Notes under the pieces: generated by a model
Seen by the model: the letters and a program-made list of their open reading frames with translations, nothing else
The model's database searches: none
What the model was told of the DNA's origin: nothing
Assembly: GCA_964352985.1 (NCBI GenBank)
Contig: CAYGUK010000005.1
Location: 125-64,124 of the forward strand
Length of the DNA stretch: 64,000 nt
Origin: an uncultured Legionellales bacterium
GTDB taxonomy: Bacteria; Pseudomonadota; Gammaproteobacteria; JAHCLG01
Direction: 5' to 3'
Program-made: the position numbers and the translations under genes
Part shown: positions 28,952 through 39,583 of the stretch, in pieces
How the letters are laid out: each line of letters opens with the position of its first letter
Numbering within the stretch: the stretch's first letter is position 1

Positions 28952-29167
28952 TCAGTAATTTAAGTAATCTTTTAATGGATCATCTTCACAAGATAGTTTA
29001 AGTAGTAAATTTAATTGCCACGCTAGTTCTTTAATTAAAGCTAAATCGATAGTATCAAAAAGCGTAATAATTTTAGCTAAATTTATTATATTATCATTAA
29101 TCACGTTCATTAATTGACTAAGGTCATTATTGTTTTTTAAATTCATTATGTTACTCCAATATTGCAA
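28952..29167 (-). CDS. Small hypothetical protein.
   Basis: 71-aa ORF. Confidence 0.2.
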   Translation of the reverse strand: MQYWSNIMNLKNNNDLSQLMNVINDNIINLAKIITLFDTIDLALIKELAWQLNLLLKLSCEDDPLKDYLNY

Positions 29168-29206
29168 ATTATCTAATTTTATTAAATATCATCATATTTA
29201 ACCCAC

Positions 29207-29635
29207 CTATAAGCATTGTGTGATGAATTGATGTAGTTTTTCGCCAATAATCAACACAATATCTTTATTTAAATTTTTATAAGATACCCTACCGGTTTTA
29301 CCAGTATGAATAAAAAAGCCACCATCACCCGTATGCGCTTTATTATGCCTGACGCGATATCCTCTTTCTTTAAAACTTAGCCATAGTACTTCTTCAAAAG
29401 TTAGGGCATTAATTTTTCGAATGCAGGTGAAAAATTTTACAGGCGTTACCCTAAATACATTAGTATTTAGCAAACAAAGTGTTTTCCTCGCTTGCAACAA
29501 GCTCAGTTTGTGCGTTTTGTTTTTCACAATCAATATAACCCATAATTTAACTCTTATTGATGATATTAATCTCATTATTTTAATTTTATTTTTTTGATTT
29601 TTTTCAAAATACTGTAGAGACGGCTTGTTTGTCAT
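29207..29635 (-). CDS. Hypothetical protein. Weak Mrr-like 'TGDGG' motif.
   Basis: 142-aa ORF overlapping the helicase gene's 3' end by about 30 nt. 'GYRVRHNKAHTGDGGFFIHTGKTG'. Confidence 0.25.
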   Translation of the reverse strand: MTNKPSLQYFEKNQKNKIKIMRLISSIRVKLWVILIVKNKTHKLSLLQARKTLCLLNTNVFRVTPVKFFTCIRKINALTFEEVLWLSFKERGYRVRHNKAHTGDGGFFIHTGKTGRVSYKNLNKDIVLIIGEKLHQFITQCL

Positions 29636-31550
29636 TTATATTGCCTTGTAATAAAGTATTACCACATTCATAAATAAAGGGTGATGACTTGCGAGTCGTT
29701 GGTAATTTTTTGTTGTTTGAATTAAAATAGTGTTCGAGTTCTGTCACATCATTATCACCAATTAAATATAACTGCTTTCTTGCTCGAGTAATGGCGACAT
29801 AGAACACACGCCTTTCGGCTTCAAGTGAAATATCTTCAATGTCTTTTGATGGTACATTACCATCGAAAAGACCAGGAATGATGACACAATCCCATTGCAA
29901 TCCTTTTGCTCGATGCATGGAAGTAATGAGGACGCTATTATCTATATGATCTTTACTCACAAGTTGTTGTGCGTTAAACCAACTCAATAGCTCACCAACA
30001 TTAAATCGATTGAGATGAGTGAAATCAATGAAGCTATTTAAGCATGCTTTTTTGTACTCAGCATCCTCCTTACGAATGCTGGTAAAATCAAAATATCGCT
30101 CATAACCTAATTGATAGTAGAGATCTTTTAATATAAGAAAAGCATTGTCTGTTTCAGATATCCCCAGAGCATAATTCCAAATATCTTCGCGTTTATTGAG
30201 TAATTTCTTTTTATGTTTATTTTTAATGGTATCACTGACATCTTGAAATAAATTAATGTCGAGTGGATTACTGGATAAATTATCAATTAATAGTTTTATT
30301 GTTGTCCTTGGTATAAACATGCCCGGATATTGAAATATGGCATCGATGATTTTTAATCGATTTTCGTTTGTATCATCTATTAATGCTTTTGCATTGTCGG
30401 CTAATTTTAGGTAACCCATTATAGATAATATTATTGGATTAAATAATATTTTTTCTGATCCTTCAATTCGATATGGAATGTTGTGATTCAATAAATCCAA
30501 TTCTGTCTTAATAGCATGAGAATATTGCCTGACTAAAACAGCAACTTTATTCAATGAACAATAATTGTTATTGATATAGTGATTAATCAATTTAGCAGGC
30601 TGATAGACTTCTCGAGTAATAAAGTTGATTTGTGTTGTTGATTTGCTATTAAACGAATGACAGTCGATAGGATAACGGTTGTTGTTATAGGCAATAAAAT
30701 GATTTGCCATGTCAGATAACGTTTGTCCAAATCGAAATGTATAGGACAAATTGTAATAATTTGGATCAACAAAGTCTTGCTTAAACTCATTCAACATGAT
30801 CTTAGGATCGGAACCACGAAATTCATAAATAGTCTGATTGACATCACCAACCACCATAACGTTAGCTTTATCACCTGCTAACAGTTTAACGATTGCTTGT
30901 TGGCAGCGATTAATATCTTGATATTCATCAACAATGATTTCAGTAAGTCTGTTATGGAATAACTGAATAAGGTCACTATTTTGGCTTAAGGCTTGTACCA
31001 AATCATATTGTAAATCATCATAAAAACGTATTTTTTGGTGATGTCGAAATGTTTCAAATTGATTAAACCAGTCAATTTCTTTCCCCGATAGCTTGCCATT
31101 ATACTCTGGCTGCTGTGTGAAATTAGATTTTATAACGGTAATAATTTCTTGTAGGGTTTCTACAGCATGATTGCTATCGTCAACTTCAAAATGTTGTAAC
31201 GTCTTTCGACAAATTGCATTATAAGCGTGTGTATTTGTTTCTAATCTAAATGGTTCAACCAACTCTAAAGCTATTAATCGTTGTAACATGCGATAAGCCA
31301 GTGAATGAAATGTTCTCACTTCAGGCAACACACTTTGATTGATAATAACTTCAAGTCGGCGATAAAAATCACGTTGCGCTGATTTATTAAACATGATCAC
31401 CATAATTTTTCTTGCATCATGACCATTATCGATAAGATACTTTGCTCTACCCACTAAGCACTGTGTCTTACCTGATCCTGGTACTGCATTTACTATTGCA
31501 TGACCTGAACTATGCTGGATGATAGACTGTTGCTCATCGGTGTATTTCAT
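29604..31550 (-). CDS. UvrD/REP-family (superfamily 1) DNA helicase.
   Basis: N-terminal 'AVPGSGKTQCLVGR' Walker A. 'IIVDEYQDIN' (motif II). A later 'VLITSMHRAKGLQWDCVII' segment. 648 aa. Confidence 0.7.
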   Translation of the reverse strand: MKYTDEQQSIIQHSSGHAIVNAVPGSGKTQCLVGRAKYLIDNGHDARKIMVIMFNKSAQRDFYRRLEVIINQSVLPEVRTFHSLAYRMLQRLIALELVEPFRLETNTHAYNAICRKTLQHFEVDDSNHAVETLQEIITVIKSNFTQQPEYNGKLSGKEIDWFNQFETFRHHQKIRFYDDLQYDLVQALSQNSDLIQLFHNRLTEIIVDEYQDINRCQQAIVKLLAGDKANVMVVGDVNQTIYEFRGSDPKIMLNEFKQDFVDPNYYNLSYTFRFGQTLSDMANHFIAYNNNRYPIDCHSFNSKSTTQINFITREVYQPAKLINHYINNNYCSLNKVAVLVRQYSHAIKTELDLLNHNIPYRIEGSEKILFNPIILSIMGYLKLADNAKALIDDTNENRLKIIDAIFQYPGMFIPRTTIKLLIDNLSSNPLDINLFQDVSDTIKNKHKKKLLNKREDIWNYALGISETDNAFLILKDLYYQLGYERYFDFTSIRKEDAEYKKACLNSFIDFTHLNRFNVGELLSWFNAQQLVSKDHIDNSVLITSMHRAKGLQWDCVIIPGLFDGNVPSKDIEDISLEAERRVFYVAITRARKQLYLIGDNDVTELEHYFNSNNKKLPTTRKSSPFIYECGNTLLQGNINDKQAVSTVF

Positions 31551-31556
31551 TTTACG

Positions 31557-33491
31557 TTACCTGTTTTCGAGTGGATTAAGATCGAACCGACCATGATAAA
31601 TAGGTTCGTTAAAATAATAGGCCTTTTGACAACGGATCGGACGACAACCACGAATAAAAACAAATTGCTCATTATCATTCATCTCACGAATATCACTAAA
31701 ATGAATTAAATCAGTCGCATGTTCAGATAAACTAATACTTTCAGAGGTGCTTGCCTGTTTGCTCTTTAATGAATGATTGATATTGCGTGAAATATTTTCG
31801 GTAAGAACAGTGGTTTTATCGCCGAGTTTTTGTATCCATTCAAGCGTTTTAAGATCATCACAACCTAAAAATTGCTTGATTGGCATTCCTTTAAATATGG
31901 CATCATCAACATATTTTTCAACTTGCCCAATGGTTTGAAACGATGCCCACACCTTCACACCACGAGAACGCATGGTATTAATCACTTGTTCTACATCAGG
32001 GCTATAGCCAAATTGACCAAGCTCATCAAGCACAAAACAATAATGTTGTTTAAGATTACTCGGCGAAGTCTGAATTAATTTTACTTTCACTAATGCCATG
32101 ATAACTCGTACTAATCGCGAAAAAGCACCGATCATGTCTTCTGGTAATACAACATAGATATCACACTCACCTGTCACAAAGGCATTCAAGTCGATTTCAT
32201 CTTTTGTGAAAATGTTTCTAACATTTTCACTGCGTAACCACTGCAATTGTCGATAGATGGTTGTTTTCATACTCCCTGATTCATCTTTACCCGACACGGA
32301 CATTTGCGCAGCCGCAGCACGTGCCTTATGAGAATTTACGCGCATGCGGGTTAAAATTTCTTCTTCTGGATCGCTGACAAGATCCAACCACCAATCATGC
32401 AATTCCACCAAATTTAATTTATCCGGTTGACCAAAATTTTCTGAAACAAAAAAATCAAGAACACCTTCTAATATAATTTGCGCATTTTCATTAAAATGTG
32501 CCTCTGTTTCAGAGCGTGTACCATGATCACTACTACACAGCGCTGTTGCAAGCGAGGCAATCATTCTATCTTTTTCTGTTTCATCATGTTGATTGATGTA
32601 GGCTAATGGATTTAAGCTATGTGTTTTGATTTGGATGCCAAGAGATTTTAAAACATTAAATGGATCGATAATAAAGACTGCTCTACCAGCATCGATTGCA
32701 CGCCTGGCAGTAACAGCACTCAATTCACCTTTAATATCAGTAATCAGCTTATTAACGGATAAATTGTCAAGAATAAAGGGTATTAGCACAGATGACGTTT
32801 TCCCACTACCACGATAAGCCAAGATTAATCTATCGCAGAGTGTTTGTGATCGAATATACCCTAAGCTATCTTTACCAATGAGCGATCCACTTTTAACCCG
32901 TAATCCATATTGTGTAATATCTTGTGTGCTAGCCATTTGTGATGCACCTAAATTATTGGATGTATCACCCGTTTTACGATGAACATTCATTTTATAGCTA
33001 AGCCATTTTTTTCTAATAGCAAGCACGACTATTAAAATTATAAAGTTTATTAAATAGTAGTTAGTGTTATGCTTAACATAACTTGCTAAATATTGATGAA
33101 AGGTAATTGGTGAATGACGTGAAATAATATTAGCAAGTGCTAATTGACTCACTATTTCAAATAATAATCCGATAACAATCCCAAAATACACGCCGCGGCA
33201 AATATTAATTATAATAAGATTGCCTGATTGTAGCTTTAACCGACCATAATAAGCGATGTTAAGTCCGAGTAATACAAAGCCAAAATAAATTAATGAAAAT
33301 AAAATTCTTGGATTATTGGTGACTAGGCTGACGCTTGAAAAATACTCATAGATTCTTATTAAATCAATCAATGATAGTAAAACAATCCCAAGTAAAAAAA
33401 ATATAACAAATAAACTTGTCCCAGTTAATCGTGCTGTAGATGAATAATTTCTTGAATCAACGCCCCAGTTTCTTAACGCAAGCATTGCCAT
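31557..33491 (-). CDS. traG: Type IV coupling protein (TraG/VirD4 family).
   Basis: 644 aa. N-terminal TM helices, Walker A 'YRGSGKTSSVLIP', and 'VLDELGQFG' (Walker B region). The size and position next to the trb cluster fit a T4CP. Confidence 0.8.
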   Translation of the reverse strand: MAMLALRNWGVDSRNYSSTARLTGTSLFVIFFLLGIVLLSLIDLIRIYEYFSSVSLVTNNPRILFSLIYFGFVLLGLNIAYYGRLKLQSGNLIIINICRGVYFGIVIGLLFEIVSQLALANIISRHSPITFHQYLASYVKHNTNYYLINFIILIVVLAIRKKWLSYKMNVHRKTGDTSNNLGASQMASTQDITQYGLRVKSGSLIGKDSLGYIRSQTLCDRLILAYRGSGKTSSVLIPFILDNLSVNKLITDIKGELSAVTARRAIDAGRAVFIIDPFNVLKSLGIQIKTHSLNPLAYINQHDETEKDRMIASLATALCSSDHGTRSETEAHFNENAQIILEGVLDFFVSENFGQPDKLNLVELHDWWLDLVSDPEEEILTRMRVNSHKARAAAAQMSVSGKDESGSMKTTIYRQLQWLRSENVRNIFTKDEIDLNAFVTGECDIYVVLPEDMIGAFSRLVRVIMALVKVKLIQTSPSNLKQHYCFVLDELGQFGYSPDVEQVINTMRSRGVKVWASFQTIGQVEKYVDDAIFKGMPIKQFLGCDDLKTLEWIQKLGDKTTVLTENISRNINHSLKSKQASTSESISLSEHATDLIHFSDIREMNDNEQFVFIRGCRPIRCQKAYYFNEPIYHGRFDLNPLENR

Positions 33492-33547
33492 TGTCGTGTT
33501 ACCTCATTGACTTATTAACAATTAATGCGAATATTTTAAAAACAATT

Positions 33548-33862
33548 TTATTCATCATTTTCATCTTTATTTGCAATGATGAAAAATCCACTCGTGTAAC
33601 TGTAACCTAGGCCATAACCAAATCCACCGACTGTAAGCTTCATCCATTTAGTGAGATTTAATCCTTTTTGCGGAATTGCACCACATTCATATTGACCGAT
33701 CCCAGATTGGATAGGCACAACAGAATCAATCACAAATCCATTTTTATGACAATGGATCATGATTCGGTTAATAGCATCATTCGTTTTTTCTAAATCGACA
33801 CCCACTGATAGCCCATGAGGATCAACATTGAACACTGATTCAACAAAAAATGATTGCTTCAT
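33548..33862 (-). CDS. Hypothetical protein.
   Basis: 104-aa ORF. Confidence 0.3.
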   Translation of the reverse strand: MKQSFFVESVFNVDPHGLSVGVDLEKTNDAINRIMIHCHKNGFVIDSVVPIQSGIGQYECGAIPQKGLNLTKWMKLTVGGFGYGLGYSYTSGFFIIANKDENDE

Positions 33863-34302
33863 ACATCCTTACCCATTTTATTACCCCAATAGCGACTTTC
33901 TTCAGAATTCACCATTGCTTTTGCTTGGAAAAATGTTTGACAATTACCTCCCGCAATTGAGCTATTGTGACAAAGCTTTAAACCTGCTTTTGATAACAGG
34001 GTGTGATAGTGAAGTTGTTGTTTCCAAAAATCATACCAATTGACACCCATTAACTGACCACCATTATTCCAAGTGGGATTGTTATGTTTTAACCAAGCAA
34101 GTGCCTGACTATCTGTCACGTGCCAATTATTGTTGATCCTTTTTTTATATTGGTTCTGTAATGGCTGTGAAGATACAATCTTATCACCAGTGATTTGTGA
34201 TAATCCTTGATTAATACCATGTAAACCACTCGTTACTTGCTGACAACCTGTAAGTATTACGATAACAGATACCGCTGAGACTGAACTGAAAAGTTTGAAC
34301 AT
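33859..34302 (-). CDS. Lipoprotein, possibly a TrbH-like T4SS lipoprotein.
   Basis: Signal peptide with lipobox 'ILTGC'. 147 aa. It lies next to the trb cluster. Confidence 0.3.
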   Translation of the reverse strand: MFKLFSSVSAVSVIVILTGCQQVTSGLHGINQGLSQITGDKIVSSQPLQNQYKKRINNNWHVTDSQALAWLKHNNPTWNNGGQLMGVNWYDFWKQQLHYHTLLSKAGLKLCHNSSIAGGNCQTFFQAKAMVNSEESRYWGNKMGKDV

Positions 34303-34313
34303 TACAATACTCC

Positions 34314-34682
34314 TTATTTAGTGAACATACTTGGAAAACTAAGAACAATAACACCAGATGAACTGAATTTAGCTTCATGAGTTGAATGATAAATAGTGGT
34401 GGCTTGTGTAATATTATTCGTAACATAAGCCGTAATAGGTAATGCAAAACCATCAATGCTATTCACACGCTGATGAATAAATAATGGATGCCCTGTTAAA
34501 TAGGATCCAATGCTTTCTTCTGCTAAATGGTTCGGATCGTAAACAGTAAAGAAAAGATTATTATTTTGAAAATCTGAGTCAATCACGATATCAATTGTTG
34601 TTTTATTTGATTGTGCTGCGAATACAGGACTCATTGATAATACAGAACTAACGATAACAATAATTAAATTTCTGATTTTCAT
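34314..34682 (-). CDS. Secreted hypothetical protein.
   Basis: N-terminal signal peptide 'MKIRNLIIVIVSSVLSMSPVFAA'. Confidence 0.3.
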   Translation of the reverse strand: MKIRNLIIVIVSSVLSMSPVFAAQSNKTTIDIVIDSDFQNNNLFFTVYDPNHLAEESIGSYLTGHPLFIHQRVNSIDGFALPITAYVTNNITQATTIYHSTHEAKFSSSGVIVLSFPSMFTK

Positions 34683-34693
34683 CCCAGCAGCTC

Positions 34694-35377
34694 CTACGCA
34701 AAGTTATACATTAAATCAAGGCCGAATACATGATCACCTTGATGACTGAGATTACCGGGTAAAGGATAGCGAACTTGGAAATACGTATAACCAATTCTGG
34801 CACTAATGTTGGTTTGTAAATCGACTTTTACACCAATGCCACCATTAGCCGCACCATGGTTAATATTGCCGGAGCGGATCAAACTTCCATTATTAATATT
34901 GTAATTGTAACGCGTAAAATTAAGCCCATAGCCACCTTTGCCATAAACACTCACGGTATAATCATCTTTACGAATGAGAGGATACGTTAATACCGCATCA
35001 AAACTAATATTATTGATCCTTGTCTTATACATTAATGGGAAAGGACCAGCGCTAGAATTAGTATTTAATTTACCTAATCGTCTTAATGATACTTCAACAC
35101 TAATATAGGGATTAATTTGATATCCACCTGTAATCCCTATACCGAAAGCCTGACTGTCAACGGTATTACTTAATCCACCAAAATTAATCGTACTATCAGT
35201 AAAATTTGATAAATCTAAATTAATACCAATATAAAATTTACTGGGTAACTCATAAGCGATATTGTTGCTACCACTATTTTGATAAACATCGGGAACGTCA
35301 GCAAATACTTGAGTAACAAATAAAGTACTACTTAACGTTAATAACGATAAAGCAGATAATTTTTTAATAAAACACAT
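34694..35377 (-). CDS. Outer-membrane beta-barrel protein (OmpA-like/porin-like).
   Basis: Signal peptide, alternating hydrophobic/aromatic beta-strand pattern, Gly/Tyr-rich sequence. 227 aa. Confidence 0.45.
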   Translation of the reverse strand: MCFIKKLSALSLLTLSSTLFVTQVFADVPDVYQNSGSNNIAYELPSKFYIGINLDLSNFTDSTINFGGLSNTVDSQAFGIGITGGYQINPYISVEVSLRRLGKLNTNSSAGPFPLMYKTRINNISFDAVLTYPLIRKDDYTVSVYGKGGYGLNFTRYNYNINNGSLIRSGNINHGAANGGIGVKVDLQTNISARIGYTYFQVRYPLPGNLSHQGDHVFGLDLMYNFA

Positions 35378-35390
35378 ACTTTTTTTTCTC

Positions 35391-36659
35391 CTATTTAAAA
35401 TACTGCTGTGAATGTGAATGGTATGAAATATGCGTGCGGTAAGGTGCAGGTAATACCATATCGCGCGTGAGTAAAATATTAAAATTCGCGCCGGGTCTTA
35501 TTGTGATCGTTGGTTGAATATTCATATTCTTTTCTACTAATTGCGCGCCTGTTTGACTCATTTGTTGACCAATAGCACCATAAATAATTTGTTGGTTAGT
35601 TAACACGCCATTGGCTTGTTGTGGTTGTGATAATTGGCCAAGTGCGCCAAAGACTGAAAACATCAGTGCTGAACCAAATATCTTGGTATAATGATTGTCA
35701 ACTTGATCGTATAATCCTGACATACCCATTAAATCAACACCCGGTTGACCTTGTAGATCAAAGCTATTGCCACTTGGAAAAATTAATCGTGACCAAACAA
35801 TGAGTACGCGTTTTTGCCCATACGATACTTTGCTATCGTATACGCCGAGAACACGCGTTCCCTGTGGGATCAATAAATAATTACCCGTCACTGTATCATA
35901 AATATTTTGTGATACCTGCGCCGTTATTTGCCCAGGTAGATCAGAATCAATACCCGTTATAAGTGTTGCAGGAATGATCGTACCGGCTTTAACTTCATAC
36001 GGTGAAATAGGTTTTTGTAGTGTTGAACTTAAATAAAAATGATTTTTATTTTGACGTGCTGCTTGCAAAAAGGCTGTTTTTTCCTGCTGCATATTTTGAC
36101 TTTGATAATTGCCATTTCTTCTTTCCTCTGACAAGTTACCATTGGAAAGTTGTGCCAATTCTCTTGTATTCATCATTATGTTGTCTTGATTATTTGTGTT
36201 GGCATCATTGGCAAGAACAGGCGCTGACATTGGCCCGTGATAATTATTCATCACAGAAATAACCGAGCTAGCAGCTTGTTGCAATTGTTGTAACTGTTCG
36301 TGATTATAAACAGGTATTGTTGAGGATGACTTATTCATTTGCTGTATATCACTGTTCGTAGGATTCTTTTGTTGAAGCGTTGAACTAATTAACAACCCAT
36401 TTTTCTCATTTTGATTAAGTTGATTAATAGCAGCTTCAGGTGAGATACCATTTTGATTGGCCACTAACGTGTTAGGATCATCTGTGTGGAAGCTTTCATG
36501 CTTGCCACGATAATTTATCACCATCACCATCACAAATAAAAATAACACTGTTAAAGTAACAATAACCATCATAAATAATTTTGGCGAAATACCAACGCCT
36601 TTCGGCGGTGCTTGAAAAGTACTTTGTGTTTGATTATCTTCACTCATAGCGTCACGCAT
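35391..36659 (-). CDS. trbI: T4SS TrbI/VirB10.
   Basis: 422 aa. N-terminal TM, a Pro/Gln-rich linker, and a C-terminal conserved VirB10 beta-barrel region ('RGDRILGVYD'-like 'QGTRVLGVYDS'). Confidence 0.8.
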   Translation of the reverse strand: MRDAMSEDNQTQSTFQAPPKGVGISPKLFMMVIVTLTVLFLFVMVMVINYRGKHESFHTDDPNTLVANQNGISPEAAINQLNQNEKNGLLISSTLQQKNPTNSDIQQMNKSSSTIPVYNHEQLQQLQQAASSVISVMNNYHGPMSAPVLANDANTNNQDNIMMNTRELAQLSNGNLSEERRNGNYQSQNMQQEKTAFLQAARQNKNHFYLSSTLQKPISPYEVKAGTIIPATLITGIDSDLPGQITAQVSQNIYDTVTGNYLLIPQGTRVLGVYDSKVSYGQKRVLIVWSRLIFPSGNSFDLQGQPGVDLMGMSGLYDQVDNHYTKIFGSALMFSVFGALGQLSQPQQANGVLTNQQIIYGAIGQQMSQTGAQLVEKNMNIQPTITIRPGANFNILLTRDMVLPAPYRTHISYHSHSQQYFK

Positions 36660-36673
36660 TCCATCCTACCTTG

Positions 36674-37648
36674 TTAACTGAATTGATTTTGATTAATTAA
36701 TTCAACACGTGTTTGTGCTTGGCCTTTTCCTGAAATTAACCACGCCTTTTGAAATAAACCATCAACCACAAAATAAGGTTTCTCATAACGATAATTCACC
36801 ATTTGCATCGATTGATTTCGTTCTAAATATAAAACAGGTAACGTGGTCTGCGAGGTAATCGCAGGCATTTCAATATAGGTTTTATTACCATCATCAAAGA
36901 CTCTTAAAGGTCGCCAGGGTGGTGAATCCCCTTTAATACGATAATTAAAATCTACATGATTAAGATCAACATCAGTTGTTGAATTCATCGGTGTTGAATT
37001 AACGACGTCATTGTCTTGTTGACTTTGCATAGCCGCGACTTTTATTAAATTATCTTTTAAGGTTTCCTCTGGATAATAAAACCTTAAAACACTTGTCTCC
37101 ATCCCAGATTTTGCCACTAACCCAATTAAATAGGTTCGTTTGTTAGTGCTGATGGTCATGTCTGTTGATAAATCATTGGTAATCGGTTTTACTTGAATAG
37201 ACACTGAGGCATTTTTACCTTGTCCCGTAATAAACGCATTTGTTTTCCAATCTTGTGTATCACCTAAACCATACGAATTTAATCGTTCCCCTGCTTCAAG
37301 TTGCACTATACAAAAATGATAGGTTGAACAAGCAATGATTGGTTTTGAATTTTCACTATAGGGATACGTAACCCAGCCATGCCCCTTAACAGTTTCCATA
37401 CGACCTGTTTTTTGATAATCACGATACGCCCTCACAATAGCCGGATCGTTTCCAATACCATATGTTGCTTTAACGCTTGGTAATTCAGGTACTTTAACAG
37501 TTTTATTCACTACTCGATTGGGATTAACAAAATCATCGGGCGAATAAGTCACTGTTGGCCCACTCGCGCACGCGGTTAATAATATTGAACTCATACTTAG
37601 CGTCATGAGCGAAATTATTGTCTTTTTCATGCAGAAACTCCTGTCCAA
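36674..37648 (-). CDS. trbG: T4SS TrbG/VirB9 (lipoprotein).
   Basis: Lipobox 'LLTACASG'. 324 aa. CagX/VirB9-like C-terminal region. Confidence 0.75.
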   Translation of the reverse strand: MDRSFCMKKTIISLMTLSMSSILLTACASGPTVTYSPDDFVNPNRVVNKTVKVPELPSVKATYGIGNDPAIVRAYRDYQKTGRMETVKGHGWVTYPYSENSKPIIACSTYHFCIVQLEAGERLNSYGLGDTQDWKTNAFITGQGKNASVSIQVKPITNDLSTDMTISTNKRTYLIGLVAKSGMETSVLRFYYPEETLKDNLIKVAAMQSQQDNDVVNSTPMNSTTDVDLNHVDFNYRIKGDSPPWRPLRVFDDGNKTYIEMPAITSQTTLPVLYLERNQSMQMVNYRYEKPYFVVDGLFQKAWLISGKGQAQTRVELINQNQFS

Positions 37649-38397
37649 GAAATATTAGTTACATAAAAACCAAACGGATTATTATTTAAAATAAATTCAT
37701 TTTGAGAAGGCTTTTTCCAAACGTAATCAAATTCACCCACAAATTGTTTTTGAAATAAAATATTCCCTGATTGACTATCTCGTGATATTTCAGTCCACCC
37801 CACTTGAAAATCATGGTTGGGTAATTGATTAACATAATTGATAGACACTGAAATCGTTCTTTTTTTAACAATTGAAAAGGGATCGCGTGATTTGAAAAAT
37901 TGATCAAGCTCTGTTGTAGCCGCACCAGTTGATAACGCGTAGGACTTTTTTTGATTACTATTTTCAAAGAAACCATCAACACTGACGCTGCGAGCACTGC
38001 TAACAAAATCTTGAATGAAGAATTTAGCAAGCGCTGGTTTCATCGTATCAAAATTAGAACTATTAGCCGCACTCGTATAAATCACTTGGCCATTTTGAAC
38101 TTGAACGACGTAAGGTATAAACTTTGATTGGCTTCCAATATAGATTATTCCAAGAATAGACATAGCAATCAGTAATGTTAAAGCAAGATTTAATCGCCTC
38201 GATTTTGTATAGCGTTCTTCACTTGCGCCATAAATATCATTCCAAAGCGCCCGACTTTGCAAATAAGGATTATTTTCAATGGATGCTTGTTCATGATCCT
38301 TAAGATCGTACTTTGTTTCTTTTTTATTTAATTTTTTTGAGACAATTTGTTGAAAACGTTGCTTGATTGCTAATATCGACATAAAGATCACCCTCAC
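37627..38397 (-). CDS. trbF: T4SS TrbF/VirB8.
   Basis: 256 aa. Single N-terminal TM after a cytoplasmic segment, then an NTF2-like periplasmic part. Its position between trbL and trbG fits. Confidence 0.7.
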   Translation of the reverse strand: MRVIFMSILAIKQRFQQIVSKKLNKKETKYDLKDHEQASIENNPYLQSRALWNDIYGASEERYTKSRRLNLALTLLIAMSILGIIYIGSQSKFIPYVVQVQNGQVIYTSAANSSNFDTMKPALAKFFIQDFVSSARSVSVDGFFENSNQKKSYALSTGAATTELDQFFKSRDPFSIVKKRTISVSINYVNQLPNHDFQVGWTEISRDSQSGNILFQKQFVGEFDYVWKKPSQNEFILNNNPFGFYVTNISWTGVSA

Positions 38398-39581
38398 TGT
38401 TTATCGACTTTGTTTGGTTTAAATTGGCTGCCAGGTGAGCTTGCTTTAGTTGCGCTATGAGCCTCTTGTGACATTCTTGCAGCCATTTTTGCATTGACCT
38501 TTTGCCCGAAACTCATATGTTGATTGGTTCTCATCACGCTATCTTTCACCGCACTGCCCATACTCCGCCCCATTTGTTTAGCCGCATGTCCCATAGCACT
38601 AGAGATACTCGTCCCCGTTTTCATTTGATTTGCAAATGAGTGTCCCATTTGATAAGCACCTTTAGCACCTTGCCCAAATGATTGAGCGCCACTTCCACCC
38701 AAACGAGTAGCGCTCATCATTCCCCTTGCCCCTACACCACTAGCTGTCAATGCTGTGCCAATTGCAGCATCCCCATAATTTTTAAAACCACCAACACCAC
38801 TTAACCCAGCGATAAATGCTGGAATGTTTCTTACGATTAAATAAAAGAAAATCACGGCCGCGGTTACGATTAAAAATGGTTTGAGTTCGTGATGTGCGGC
38901 TGCTTTACCCAATAAGTCAGCCCAATCATGACCAATGGTGACACCGACACCCATAAGCATATATAACGTGAGTAGATGTAAACCAATACCAATCACCGCT
39001 TTAAAATAATTCATTGCCATGGGTCTAAGTGGTTCTGTGGCACCGAAAGTAAACATCAAGCCACTGAGCGTCACAAGCGTATAACTTTTAATTAATATGA
39101 TGGCAACTTCGGCTGCAAGAAACGCATAAACAATAATAATAAACAATAAAATTGTAGCAGCTAAAATACTGCCTACCGGATGTGTTAACCAACCCCAATG
39201 ACTAAAATTATCCATGATCGAAAAACCAATCGAGATCCCTTGATCAAGCACTGATGATGGCGTTAACGAATGAATACCTGATGCATTTGAGCCAATAGAA
39301 ATAAAACCGTTAATAATCTGCGGCATCCACTGACCACCAAAAAGCACTAACGTATAGAAAACAGAAATAGTAAAAAATAGTTGAATTGTTTTTACCGCTG
39401 CCTCAATTGGATCACCTTTAAAAAACATCCAAACAGCACTTATAGCAATTTGAATTGCAGCAAGATAATAAAATAAACCTTTCGCAAGCGTCTCAATATT
39501 GCCGTAATTATTTTGAAAAGATTTTAGAAATTCACCCGTGACTTGATCTAACACACCTGAATTAATTGCAGTTTGTAGCAT
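38394..39581 (-). CDS. trbL: T4SS TrbL/VirB6.
   Basis: 395 aa, polytopic (at least 5 TM), with a Gly/Ala/Ser-rich hydrophilic C-terminus typical of TrbL. Confidence 0.75.
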   Translation of the reverse strand: MLQTAINSGVLDQVTGEFLKSFQNNYGNIETLAKGLFYYLAAIQIAISAVWMFFKGDPIEAAVKTIQLFFTISVFYTLVLFGGQWMPQIINGFISIGSNASGIHSLTPSSVLDQGISIGFSIMDNFSHWGWLTHPVGSILAATILLFIIIVYAFLAAEVAIILIKSYTLVTLSGLMFTFGATEPLRPMAMNYFKAVIGIGLHLLTLYMLMGVGVTIGHDWADLLGKAAAHHELKPFLIVTAAVIFFYLIVRNIPAFIAGLSGVGGFKNYGDAAIGTALTASGVGARGMMSATRLGGSGAQSFGQGAKGAYQMGHSFANQMKTGTSISSAMGHAAKQMGRSMGSAVKDSVMRTNQHMSFGQKVNAKMAARMSQEAHSATKASSPGSQFKPNKVDKQ

Positions 39582-39583
39582 TA

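Noticed and set aside
34211-34456. 81-aa ORF overlapping the ends of the lipoprotein gene and the secreted-protein gene.
   Set aside because: It overlaps two co-oriented genes in another frame. It is probably spurious.
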